The translations under genes and the position numbers were made by a program. DNA of 64,000 bases from Cenococcum geophilum (lineage: Eukaryota), in contig CP158635.1 of assembly GCA_050273025.1 (NCBI GenBank), forward strand, positions 3,782,001 through 3,846,000. The letters run 5' to 3'. Below, piece after piece: positions 29,801-42,109 of the stretch; position 1 is the stretch's first letter; the number at the start of each line of letters is the position of its first letter. The notes under the pieces were generated by a model, which worked only from the letters and a program-made list of their open reading frames with translations, did no database searches and was not told where the DNA came from.

Positions 29801-29858
29801 TACAGGCTTGCGCGACCCTTTTGCCGTGCTTATGTCTCGATTGACTGAGTCGCTAACA
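23878..29858 (+). mobile_element. Full-length RIP-degraded Ty3/Gypsy chromovirus (G6), related to G5; LTRs 23878-24103 and 29633-29858, TSD ACCCT
   Basis: Two 226-bp direct repeats. ACCCT at 23873-23877 and 29859-29863. PPT GGAGGGGGGGG before the 3' LTR. gag-pol colinear with G5, RT VYLDNIIIYS (~27014). Confidence 0.95.
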
Positions 29859-32018
29859 ACCCTAGGGGGGAGTTTTTCCCTAGAGTTCTTCTTTTCCTAA
29901 CTTATTAAATATTTCTCCTTTCTCTATTTCCTTAATATTGCCTATATCCTTTAGCTCTAGGTAAGACAAGGTAAAGTAACCCTTTTTATTGCAGTTATAG
30001 TATATAGCCGAGGTAGGGTTAATTAGGGTATTGTAATAAGTACTAGTTAGGGGTATAATACATAGCTAGTTAGGCGAGGCTCGCCAGTACGTAGATATAA
30101 CCGCTTTTAGTATAAGAGTAGTCGTGGCTTATCTTCCTACTCTAGCTCCTATAAGTATAGCTAATAAGTTTTAATTATTCTGGGGTCGCTTCTACTAATT
30201 AAGGTAGGCGTTAATTCGCTTTAGTTCTAAATCTAATAATAGGCAATAAGTTGCGAGTCTATTATACGTTAGAAGGTTATTTAAGGTTATAGCGATCTTC
30301 TCTTAAAGCTGGATTATTAGCTTATTATATAGGTTTAATTAATAGTTCTTAAGCGGAACCTAGCCTTCTCCTGTAAGGTATAGAAATTAAGTCTAAAATT
30401 TAATAAAGGGTTAGTTTAGTTTTATTATTAGGCAATTAAAGTTATACTAGGCGTCCTATACTTTATTTAGGTTAATATAAATAGCCGCTAGGTACCGTAT
30501 TATCTTATTAATAGATATAAATTAGATAGGGAAATCGTCCTTAAACTTAGCTTAAAGGTGCCATTAAGCGTCCCTAGTAGTTTAACTAAAGAGGTAGAGT
30601 ATTTTAGCTTCTTTAGAAAGGAAATAGTTATAGTTAATATAGAGCTTTCCTTATACTTAAATCCTCTAATTCTTAAAGGTAGGGTCTATCCCGTTAAATA
30701 GTGGTTAGGGGTTAAGGAGCTTAACGAACTTTAATTACTTTATTATTATATCCGTACTCCCTAGTATATTATATTTAGTAAAGTAAATAGGTTGGCTAGG
30801 GCTTTAAAAAAGGGAAGCTAGGCTATTTTATAGGGCCGTAAGGCTTTCTAGGATCTCTTATAGGGTCTCTTATATATTCCTTACCTTAAGATAATTAGCT
30901 TTCTGGTTAGCTATAAAGGCGTAAATCTGCTTGCGTATATCTATAACATTATTATTATCTTTAATTTCTAATCCTAATTAGATATTAGGTTCCTCTTAGG
31001 TAAAAATAGCTCTCTTAAATAAGCTAGCTTTAGGTACCATTGTTAGCTTTTTAAGGTTTATTAATATTATACGCTTTAGTTTTAATTCTGGGGGTATAAA
31101 TCCAGTCCTATCTAGCTTATAAAGTAGGATATTATTAAGGCCTTCCCAGGTAATATAGAGTAACTTTAGTGTCTAAGTATAACGCGTTAACGCGTCGTTG
31201 TAGACAAGAGTCTTCTTTTAGGGTAGGATATTATTAAGGCCTTCCTAGGCAATATAGGGAGAGCTTAGTATAATATAACGGCTCGCATAAATACCTCTAG
31301 ACTAAAGCTTATAGATTACTATTTAATAAAGATACTAAGCTAAGGAGAAGGAAAGGGGGTTATAAGGGCTAGTATTAATAAATAGGTAGCGCAAGCCGCT
31401 AAGGCGCTAGCAGTAAACGAGCTAATAGTAGGCGAGTTAACAGTAAGAAAACAGTACTAGACAGTATGCGATAGTACTAAATAGTATGCGACAATATAAT
31501 AGGTGGTAGAATATGGCAGAACTTAGCAGGTAACGCGCCCTAGTACCGTCACAGTTTATAGCTCTGGCCCTTAATATCCTAGAACTATTACTTTATACTA
31601 TATATTTTATACATATAAAAAAGGCCTCTATAACTTAACTAGCTCCTACCTATTTTACTACTAATATTAATAGGGCGGAGTTAATTTTTTAAAGCTAATT
31701 TCCTAAAGAGACTTTTAGTTTTCTGTACTAAGAATAGTATTATATAATAATATTTAAGAATACTAAATAATATATTCTCCCATATCTATACTGCTATAAA
31801 ATATTCTTAATTACGCACTTAAAGGTACTTATAATAGGTGCTTCTAAAAGATCTACTAATTTAAATTTCTAAAATTAAACGTAGTTAATACTTTATATAG
31901 TGGTTATTAATTAAGTTCTCAATATAAAGATTTGTAAAGTTTAATACTATATAACTATTACGACTTTCCTATAGCGGCCAAGTAAACCCTTAATTCTCCC
32001 CTTCCCCCTATTACTTAG

Positions 32019-32140
32019 CGCTGAGCCTTATTATATCGTCGCCGAGCCTCATTATATCGCCGCCGAGCCTTATTGCGCTGCCGAGCCTCATCGCGTCGCC
32101 GAGCCCTATTGTATCGCTGCCGAGCCCTATCGCACTGTTG
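32019..32140. repeat. Degenerate tandem repeat, about six 18-21 bp units with core GCCGAGCC
   Basis: Units such as GCCGAGCCTCATTATATCGCC and GCCGAGCCTCATCGCGTC. Two further core copies occur near 32270-32297. Confidence 0.75.
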
Positions 32141-33660
32141 AAATAGACGATTAAAGGGAGTCAAAAGTAGGAGTGGACTTAATATTTAATAGAGTATGAA
32201 GCTCGTATATAAGTGGCTGGTAACAGTCACCCTATATTGGGCCCAGCCACCCGATTTTCAACACGCACCGCTGAGCCATTATATTGTTGCCGAGCCTCCT
32301 AATTATTATCGGGGCGACGGTCAAGACCAAAAAATATAACCTAAGACTCCTACTTTGGCCTCGTATGGAGCAACGGTAGCTGCTAGACCTGACCGCTAGG
32401 CCTAGGGGTACCTCTACCCTAAGCCCTCCATAGGGCTTTATATTCCACCTCTTACGACCCGGCAAACGGCTTCGCGTTCTTATTGCGTAGATACGACTAT
32501 CTAGCTACGGCGCGTAGTGGTTATCTCGGGGTCGCCTGCTCTGCTACTAATTAGCTACTGGGTAGCTTAAAGAAGCTCTGGCGAACTAAGTCGTATATAA
32601 GTAAGCCGCGGTCGATTTAGAAATTGCGTAAAAAGTTTTAATATATATAGATTAGTTGAATTAAGCCTGATATTAAAAATCTCTACTGCCTTAATTATAT
32701 GCGCGAGATCCGTGCTGAATATACGTGAAAACTACCCCTAAAATATTAAAATTAAGCCTAAACCTTAATACTATACATCTATCTTAGAAAAAGGCCTCTA
32801 CTAAAGCCTCTAATTTAGCTCCTATAGATCTATGCTAATATGACGAAAATAGCGCGTCAACTTAATAAAATTAACTTCTACTACTATAAAGCCCTTTAAA
32901 TTATATTAAGTTAGCTTCTTACTTGATAAAAAGATGCGTTTTTACTGCAAGTAGTGAGAAATTTGATAAAGGGGGGGACTTGACGATTGGAGGGGAACAC
33001 TTTTTAAGTCTCGTCGGTTATATCCAAGTTTCATCCAGCATATCTCTTTATGCTTACAAGTAGTTTTTCTAAGTTTTGTTGTTGTGGTTCCCTTATTTCA
33101 TAAGTTGTTGTCCGAGCAGTACGACATGTTTAGCATCTGAGTTTTGGTTTGATATTTGTCTAGTTCGTTGGTAAGTGAGATTGATAGTTTGAAGCGCTAG
33201 TGCCTTAAAAGCTTATTATAGGCGTATGAAAAATTTGATTGATACTGACCTATTAATGAAAGCTTTAGAGGATACAAGTCCTAGTAAGCCATCAGGTGGC
33301 GGCGAGTAGAACAGAAATAAAATCCGCACGGACCTCAGGCAGCCTTTGGGCGCGAAATGGCGGAAAATTCTTTTTGCGTCCATTTGTAACGCCCCGAACA
33401 ACACATCCTTAAACCCTACAGACAGCGTGACAACATCTCTTTTGCTAAGGCGACGGCAAACTTCATCGACGGCAAACCTTCATCGCCTGCAGTGCTTCCT
33501 TCGACTTTTATGTCATTTTGTACGAGGTTTTGGGATCTCCCAATAAGTCAGCTCCAGAAGTGTTTTCATCATCTTTTTTTTTTTCGTTCTACCCTCTTGT
33601 AGGGATTAGACCATGCCAGTGTTGGCACGTGAGTAAAAGCCCTCGTCCATACTCACCGAC

Positions 33661-35520
33661 ATGCTGGGTGACGCTGAGCTTGAGGCTTTGGATGCCCAAC
33701 TTGGGGACTTCAGTGTTTCCAGTACAAAACATCACGATATACTCCAGGTAGGTCGTCTGGCCAGTTCTGAGCCTACAATCCTAATCACATGCAAAACCAG
33801 GCTGTGATACAAAAATATGGAAAACTCCTTGAAAATTATCGGATCCTACGAAGTGATTATGAAGAAGAAAAAGAGTCTCGTGAACGATACAAAAAGCTTT
33901 CCCGAGAACGAGTGAGTTTGACAAGCCTTTTCTTTGTATTCCTAGTACAGCCGTTAATAATGACCTCAGGTGCACAATCCTTTCGTCCTGGTATTGGTAG
34001 ATGGGGATGGCTATATCGTATGCTCATAATATATATCTAATAACACCGCCCCAGCTTACGTGTCCTAGTTTAATGATGACCTCGTTAGAGCCAACGCAGA
34101 AGGGGGAAGTAATGCTGCTCAGATGTTAAACAGCTGTATTAGAGAGTGTCTTCCAAACGTGGTTAGGAACTCGGACCAATGCCGTATCATGGTTCGCATA
34201 TATGCAAATCTTGCCGGCCTGTCAAAAGCATTATCTAAAGCCAAGCTTGTGGGGCCCGAAAAAAGATCTTTGGCTCCTTTTGCTGCCAGCTTTACACGTT
34301 CTCAGGATCTGTTCGATTTTATTGATGCCGATGACAAGAAGGAGGGTGCCGATTTCAAGATTAGAGGTACGTACATATCTATATGCCTACAACAGGTAGG
34401 ATGATACTAATATATGTGTGTTTTAGAAATGTTTCGACTATTTGCAGAGAACAGTCAGTGCAAGCATATCTTCTTCGCCGGATGCCATGATACGGGTTAC
34501 CTGTCTCTATTGACCCCGTATCGTGGTAAATCCGACCGCATCACTCTTGTAAGAACTGGAGCTTTTAGCTCTGAATATACCTCGCTCAGATTGGGAATTG
34601 TAGACTTCCCAGCAGTCTTCAGAACCTTTAGCTTGCCAACTATGCCTACCGCTACAAACAATGGAACTAAAAACGTTCTACCATTACAACGCTCTCAGTC
34701 TCCTATAATAGATCATAAGTCGGCGGCTGCGAACACTACAAGGGTCTGCAAGTACTTCCAAACTGTATGTTTCCAAAGGGAATCATCATTTCTTTTCTGT
34801 TGTGGCTAACCAGCACCATAGGGTAGCTGCCGATTTGGCAGCACCTGCGCAAATGCTCACGTCATTCATGATGTTCGCAGAGCCGCCCCACCAGAAACAA
34901 ATATTCTACCGTGGGGGGCAATAGGGCCAACAATGGCAGCCCAAGGGAGCCCCACACTATGGAAGCCACCAAACTTTGTTCAACCACTTGCCATGGATGG
35001 CGCTCAACAACGAAATCGAGACAACCTTACGGATGACCTGCCGATTTCGACTCCACAAACTGAAGGGATGATCCCTGTTAACAAAGATGGCGAGAGACTC
35101 GACACAGTGATCCCGAAACCAACACCTGAAGAATGGTCCATATACAACCAACGGGTTAAGCAACAAAAACCCTGCAATAACTTCTACATGAGAAACCAGT
35201 GCCCGATTCCTAACTGTACCCTCGATCACACACCTCTGGAGCCGGAAGCGCTCCACGTCCTGACATGCATTTTGAAAGGATACCCATGCCCTCGTAAAGG
35301 GGGTTGCCGTTCTGCTGATTGCTATAATGGTCATATTTGCCAGAAAAATGGGTGCTATGGCAAAGGCTGCAGACTCAACTATTACATGCATAGCATGGAT
35401 CCAAAAGTTACTGATTGGGTTATGCCGGCTAGTTTACCAGGAACTGATGATAGCAGCGAAGAGTCTCCAACTGAATCTCTTGAGGAAATTATGAGTTCAG
35501 TTGGAGGCGCACCTGTCTAA
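33661..35520 (+). CDS. CCCH (C3H1) zinc-finger protein with an N-terminal coiled coil and a VLVLVDGDGY domain; 6 exons
   Basis: Hand-spliced exons 33661-33747, 33801-33911, 33970-34017, 34069-34366, 34427-34764 and 34822-35520 have GT..AG introns and stay in frame. Motifs: NPFVLVLVDGDGYIF, EGADFKIREMFRLF, HIFFAGCHDTGY, CKYFQTGSCRFGSTCANAH, and further Cys/His clusters at the C-terminus. Confidence 0.85.
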
Positions 35521-36404
35521 AAGATAGTTTGAGTCTGGTAAGTGGTAGAGAAAGGATTCAACTATTCTTTTCAGGGAATAGAAGGTAAATACTTTCATGT
35601 GGAATTTGGACCCGACTAGATATGGACGGAATAAAATACTCGCGTTGGATTAGCAGACGGTTAAATGGCTGAAATTGAGAATGGTAAATTGGATTCAGGT
35701 GCTGATTATGGTTCAGAGAACAACTATTGGTAATTAGCACATCGACTGGACCCCAAAAATTGGCAGCATTGAGCGGTATATTTACTTGTCATGTTTTCGG
35801 ATTTTTGTTTCTGCTCCACTAGATTGATAGGCTACTGATATGATGCATCTTTTATTTGGTGGCCTGATAATTCATCATCCTCTACGACGTAGCCTGTTGG
35901 ATTGTTTTTTCTAGAGATCTATTACCCAAAAACACATCTGATGTCATACTGGAAGTCTGGAAAGTAACTCCCGCTGTTTTGTTAAAAGTTCATTGAAGTC
36001 TAGCCATGACTCATCCTCAGCCGACGGGACCGAGGGGACTGCTCGTGTCACCGGATTTTAGCTCAACTTTTATGACTCGTAACAGACCCACTGGTTATGG
36101 CCAATCACTAATGCGGCTTGGCCGCCCGTTCCCCTTTCTTCATCCGATCCCTAGAGCGGTGGGGTAAAGGGTCATGGTCGTTTCGCGTTCGGCACTCGAT
36201 TAATGCATTTTACGGAATTCGATTGAACACAACGGATAGGATAATAATTGGTCTGCCGTGTCTTTTCTCCTCTTTTCATGTCTCCATCTCACGTATCTTT
36301 CCTCAGTAGTTCAGCCTTATAGCCCAAATACTCCAATCTATACTCCTGATTTTCCCATCGTGTCTATATAACAAAAATCACTCATCATCTACTCAAATAA
36401 TATC

Positions 36405-37206
36405 ATAGTGTCCTCTTCTGTAGTATTAGTAACAGGCGCACCCTCCAGCATAGGCCTCGCCCTCACCAACATCTCCTGCGCAAAAACTGCCACGTCGTAA
36501 TGGCCGACATGAACCCGCCACCGGCCTCCGCCCAACCCTCCGCAACCCGCACGCTCTTCATAAAACCGACGTCTCATCCTAACACGCCCAAGCCTCCCTA
36601 TTCAGCAAAGCCTTCAACTAGCACAAGCGCCTCGACTTCACCGCCCCAAATGCCGGCATCGACGACCGCGACATCTTCAACTCCATCTCGCGCTCCGCCT
36701 CCTCGCCCCCCCAGAAACCCAACATGGCAACATTCGACGTCGACCTCTACGGCGTCTACTACGGCGCCAAGCTCTTCGCGCACTACGCCGCGCTGAACCC
36801 CGTCCCGGGCGGTAGGATCGTCATCACAACCTCCACCGCCGGCCTGTACGGCCTGCCCGCCATCTCGCAGTACTCTGCCGCGAAGCACGTGCTCGTGGGC
36901 CTGACGCGCTCGCTAGCGCCGCGTGCCGCGGCGCATGATATTACGGTTAATTGCATTTGCCCTACGATGGTTCCTACGGGGCTGGTGCCGACAGGTCTCA
37001 TGGAAAGGTTTCCCAATGAACATGTAACGTCGATGAGCACGATCCTCCGGGCGTTTGACGAGCTAATGGATGAGAAGGCGAATAGGAATGGGGAGTGCGT
37101 GGAGGATGCTATGCAGGATCTGTTTTATAGGACTCCACCGGAGCCGATGGGGGAAAGCCAGAAGTGGATGAAGGAGGGCGGGGCTGAGTTCTGGACAGAG
37201 GCATAA
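36405..37206 (+). pseudogene. Short-chain dehydrogenase/reductase pseudogene (15-hydroxyprostaglandin dehydrogenase-like)
   Basis: VVLVTGAPSSIG (degenerate TGxxxGIG), VVMAD, NAGIDD and catalytic YSAAK (36871-36885). The likely start reads ATA. Two apparent 1-nt frameshifts (~36468, ~36565) and in-frame TAA 36580-36582 and TAG 36619-36621. Confidence 0.85.
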
Positions 37207-37840
37207 CTGGGTAGAAGCTAGAGAGCATGCATGTGATGGGTGGCGGGCGTATTGGGTGTTTGTGTGGAGTTTTAGGACGCGCTGAGCATAGTGGATTTGA
37301 ACTGAGACGAAAGCACGTTTTACAAGGTAAAGTCTTCATGGAATTGATTGGGAAACAATAACTCTTATTTCAAGCTTTTAACGCCTTTGCTCCGACAACT
37401 CTGAACAATATACTGCCTACCTCCAAGTCGAAGAACTTTGAACGTCAGAACCAGCGAGTCAACCCATTTCTTGACGGCGAAACCAACTCAGCCCATCGAG
37501 CCCCTGAAAGGCATCGAAGAGAGTCAAAGTTTCAAGCCCAAAGAGAAAATGAGAACTCGACCCGAATCAGAAGTCGCTAGCCCATCTACTGAGAAGATGG
37601 AGGTATTGAAAGAGGGGTAGAAGAAGCGGTGGTGTCAGCACTAGAAATAGAAAAGGGAGAATATGAGTGACAAAAGAACAAAGAGGAATCATGTCATTAT
37701 CCAACTCCGAATCAATCCAATGCTGCCTGAACCAACTTCTGAGTATCAAAACCGCCAATCAAATCCAACGCCTAGTTTTGATATGCAATCCTTCATCGGC
37801 TCTGCGTTCGTAACTCTGCCATTCTCAAGAACATCTCTAA

Positions 37841-40800
37841 TTAATAGATTCTGCTCCGTCGTCTCACACTCCCGCCAAATGCAGCTAAGCTCTCTGTGTC
37901 TGAGATTCCTTCCCAAGGCAACTCGTCATCTTCACCGCTTTCCCCGTGGCTCTCTTCATCACTACTGCTTTCGCTTTCACTGGGGTGTTCCTCAATTACG
38001 ACTTTCTTTCCCTTCCCCTTAGCCGCTTCCGCAGCATCCATCCGAATGCTCCTTATCGTCTCTTCAACTTCCTCCTCGGTCATGTCTTCAGTCTGTTGTC
38101 CCTCGAGAACATCATACAAGTTGTAGATTTGGTCGCTCTTTACATCGATCGCTTTGACCAAGTCCTCAATCGCGGCTTGGATAGCCTTACGTTTGCGGCG
38201 TCCGAGCGAAGCATCATGTGCCCGAAGCAGAGCATCATGCGTAGATAGTTCGATATGCAGGTGAGCGAGTTCGTCTTCGAGTTCTTTGAGAACAAGTGCC
38301 AGAGCTGTCTTTGGTGATTGGGCAGGACGCATGGTTGCGTCGACATCGTCCGGCATGCGTGAAGAGACTGGGACAAGTTTTGGGATATTGACCAAATCGG
38401 GCCGAGCCTCTCCAGCGGTGCGGCGGCAGACAGTGCAATTGTTGTTGTCGTGGGCGGGAAGCTCGATCTTAGCGCCATGATTGCTAAACGTTTGCCCTCG
38501 CGGGTTAATTGTAATGTCTGGTAGGATAAATGCAGAAGTCATCTCAACTGGTACGCTACGTCGACGGCGACTGGACTGGCTCAGAAGAGAATGGTCTACA
38601 GACTGCTTAGTTTGAGTAGCTTCCGCTGGGACTTCTTCATTTTGGGCATTGTGCTCGGTGGCATTCTCAGTGAGCTCATTCTGTGCCGTCATGATTGACC
38701 TGCCAGTCACATCCCTCATAGATGATTTGCGTGGCAAAGACTGTTGCCGTGAAGCCTTAGCTGATACTGCGGAACGGATAGTATCCTCACGGGCTTGGCG
38801 CTCTATGGTAGATGAAGCTTTCTTACGAGCTGCTGCTCGTTCTTCCTCCAGCAATCTTCTTAGTCTGGTGATTTCATCACCGTTGATGAAGCTGAGCTCC
38901 GTGAGGTCTAGTGCCGGTGGCTCCTCCACAATGGGCTTTCCACTGGCACCGCCATGCATGAGGTAGCGGTCGGTCTTTTGTGCAAGCGAGAGGTCCGTCG
39001 TTGAGTCCGCATCACTGTCTGCATCTCGGTGGTCTTGAACGGCTGCAGGCACTGGAGCAGATGCGCTCCGCATCGGAATGCTAACAGTAGGCAGTGAGTG
39101 TCGCTGTGAGGTTGAATGGAACCTGGAGCTGGAGTAGTGAGATATTGGCTGTTGAGGTCGAGCTGAGACTTGCGCTGCGCTGACAGACCTGCTATTTCGA
39201 ACCTCCTGTTCCACTCTATCGGCAATTCGAGTCTGGGTGTCTTTCTCGCGACGTTGGATGCCCTTCCTCTGAGCGCCATCAACATTTCCTCTAGGAGCCT
39301 CGTTCTCCATTACGGTGTCGTGGTCGGCCAAAGCAGATTGAGACAGAGTCTGAGGCTGGTTGGTCTGTTTCGTGCTTAGAATTTCTCTGGTCATATCCTC
39401 CATTTGCTTGACAACTTCCTCCCGCTTCTCAACCTTTCGACGAAGTTGAGCTTCCTTCCTTGCCCACCTTTGATTTTCGTCTTCTTGTTGTGCGGAGAGT
39501 TGAGCTAACTCCGCTCTGAGATTCTCGTTGTCGTGTCGAAGAACCTCATTCACCTCCTCCTGGGTCATGCCTTGGAATTGACGAATTGTCTCATCCCTCC
39601 TTTCGATTTTGCTTCTGAACTCTGCCTCTCTGTTGGCCCAGCGACGCGCTTCTTCCTCTCTCTTCGCTTTCAAGTTCGCCGTTTGAGCTTTAAGTGCATC
39701 GTTCTCTGTTTTGAGCCTGGAGAACTCGGCCTTTTCTTTCTTAGCTCTCTTGGAGCGGAGCTCAGCTTCTTTTCTTGCCCAATGCTGAGTATCCTCGTCG
39801 TGCTGGGTACGGACTCTGGCTAACTCCATATGTAACGTCTCATTCTCCTTCTGTACGGCATTCTCTGTTTGACTGGCCTTCCGCCGGAGCTGCTGAGTTT
39901 CTTCTTGGAATTGAGCTTGTTCTTGTGATAATTGATTCCGTAGAGACTCGTTTTCTGTGCGAAGGGAATCGATTTCATTGCGTAGTGTCTCATTCTCCGT
40001 CTGGAGTGCTTCCTTCTCGCCTTTCAGTTCCTCAGCATTATAGAATGCAACGCCTAACTGAGTAACCAGATTATCACGTTCTGCAGTAACCCGCTTTGTA
40101 CTGATCTCCGCGACAGACAGCTTGCGCTCAGCACGATCTAATCGGGTTCGCAGCGTGTCTACGGAAGCCTCCAATCCTAGAAATCCATGTTAGCAAGGAA
40201 ACCACACGATCCTGATATTCCACATACTAGTCTTTTCGACTCTCCAATTATTCTTCTCACTGGATCCTTCGCCATCCGTTGATCCTAAGGCGCTATCGCT
40301 CCGCCTCAGTTTCTCTTGTGCTTCGTTTGCTGCTCTAAACTCAATTATCTGTATTTCCTGTTCCTCGATCTTCTTCTCGGACTCGGCTTTTTCCTGTTCC
40401 AATTGTGCAACCTTTTCCTTCAGGAGTTGCAGAGATGCGAAAATTGCTTTCTCATCAGAAGGAATTGGAACACTGTCGATAGGTGTGTGATTCAGTTGGC
40501 GGGCTGGGCCTCGACTTGGATTTAGAGGATTTGTAAATCTCGACCGTGCGCGAGTATTTCGAGAGAAGACAGGAGTGCCATCTTGGAAGACCCCAGACAC
40601 GAGTTCGGTGAGATTTGGAAGGTCTGGTAGCATAAATGACTGCTGTGTTGCATTGCCCGTCATTTGGGATGAACGTGGGGTTCCGTTTGCTCCTCGTTGG
40701 GGGGTTTCGACTGATTTTACAGCATGATCCAAGCCTTGAGCAGATGACTGGCGACTTCTTGGGCCTCCAAAACGAGTATTTTTGGCAGTAAATGTGACAG

Positions 40801-41560
40801 TTGGAGGACGTTCGTCAATGAAGGACTCGTCTTCAGAAGTGACCCTAGCGTGCATCTGCGCAAGAGTACTGCGTCGGCGTTCATTGTTTCCGGACTTCGC
40901 AGGGGAAACTCGCTCGCCGACAGTTCGCAGAAGAGACGTTCCATCATCAACACCTCTCTGTGGCACAGAGGACGCTCGTCTTATTTGTGCGTCTCGTCGA
41001 AGACTCGTATCCTCAGTCACGTTGCCCTTCCTGGGTGTCGCTCGGGCACGAGCTGGAGGCGGGGTCACGTCGTATAAGCTATCGTGAAATAGTACGTTTG
41101 GTGACATGTTGAGAGACGAATTCAGTTTGCCCGGAGTACTCCTCGCGCTCTTCTTTGCACCTCTCCCCTGCTCTATCGAAATACTGTCCTCTTCGGAATC
41201 GCTGAGATGGTCGAAATCCATGAACTCTTTGTTTATCATCGAGGTACTGACTGGCAGATCTGATCCTGGTGGATTGTAATAGGCGAATTTCTTGGCCGTA
41301 GACCGGAGGTTGGGAAGAATAGGCAAAGGATTTCTTGTATCATCGTCCAATTGACGCGTCGACATCAGTGCTTCGTGCTCAGGGTCGAAATTTGATGTTG
41401 ATGTTGCGAACTCCTGTATCGAGCTGTAGTTGAGGGTGGGGTTCGAGTCGCGGTCGACAGGAGTTGGCGATGGAAGATGACGTGGACTATGGCTGATTTC
41501 TCGAGATAATTCACGGATAAGGCGCGCTTTCCCCTCGCTACTCTTAGGCGACGGAGTCAT
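37841..41560 (-). CDS. ppc89: Ppc89/Cep57-like spindle pole body coiled-coil protein, ~1222 aa, 2 exons
   Basis: ORFs 41560-40228 and 40176-37841 are joined by a 51-nt intron (GTATGT...GCTAAC...TAG, 40227-40177). Long coiled coil, SFMLPDLPNLTELVSG motif, HDNNNCTVC, and C-terminal DATMRPAQSPKTALALVLKELEDELAHL resembling the Cep57 microtubule-binding domain (family assigned from memory). Confidence 0.8.
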
Positions 41561-42109
41561 GGTGGAAGCTGTATAGAGAATAAATCAACGCTACGTGTAT
41601 TCCGTTGTTTTCGTAGTCGTGTTTACGTGATTGATATGGGCCTTAGCAATTAGAGACGTGAAAGAAAAGGTGGGCCAATGAGGTAAATAATTAACACCCG
41701 GTTAAATACCAGCTTTCCATCCGTGGTGAATTGCAAACAAAAGCGCAGAATGGAAGGCGCCCAAAAATGATGTGACGGAGAGAGATGGTTTACTTGTGGG
41801 AGGGACATCAAAACAACGGCGATGTAAACAGCCGAAGGCGGCGTGGAGCGGCATAAAATCATCTTTTCAGGTGACTCTAGTGCACCCCTGCGACCCTTCT
41901 CCCTGCATTCTCCGACTCACGCCTTGAAACACTTCACAGAAAAATTACACCCTCAGGTGCACAACGCCAGAATACGTGCAGCGAGATATTCTCATTACCT
42001 TAGTTCTTATCCCTTCCGCTGGTGTATTTCGCCCTACTGTTATCGATAAGAGCTAGCCAATAGAATCAATAGGATCAAGGTTCCGTGACCGCCTCTCGCC
42101 CTAGCACCT

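Larger units (their letters stand above)
10265..31553 (-). mobile_element. RIP-degraded Gypsy host element (G2) carrying nested insertions; 5' LTR 31274-31553, gag ~29864-31200, protease ~23500-23870, integrase relic 10265-11540
   Basis: LTR starts TGTGACGG (31553) and ends CGTTATA (31274). Protease motif LTTLIDTRANSF (~23730-23780). Segments on either side of G6 join through an ACCCT duplication. Integrase-like text at 10300-11300. Assigning 10265-11540 to the same copy is inference, because RT and RNase H are missing between them. Confidence 0.7.

Noticed and set aside
32019..32140. Tandem repeat as a CRISPR array
   Set aside because: Eukaryotic context, degenerate adjacent units without unique spacers, and no cas genes.
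3379..32465. Short track ORFs in the left AT-rich block (3379, 11539, 16271, 20716, 22259, 29580, 32232)
   Set aside because: They are chance or antisense frames, or short remnants, inside RIP-degraded elements. None is an independent gene.
32700..33385. Weak inverted similarity (GAGATCCGTGCTGAAT ~32705 vs the reverse complement of ~33319-33334) as DNA-transposon TIRs
   Set aside because: The match is short and imperfect, with no TSD and no transposase relic seen.
36580..36621. Premature stops in the SDR gene as targets of restorative A-to-I mRNA editing
   Set aside because: Frameshifts and a damaged cofactor motif accompany the stops, so ordinary pseudogenisation is more parsimonious.
37896..41087. 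Multiple overlapping ORFs opposite or within the Ppc89-like gene
   Set aside because: They are shadow frames of a long coding sequence with no recognisable motifs.
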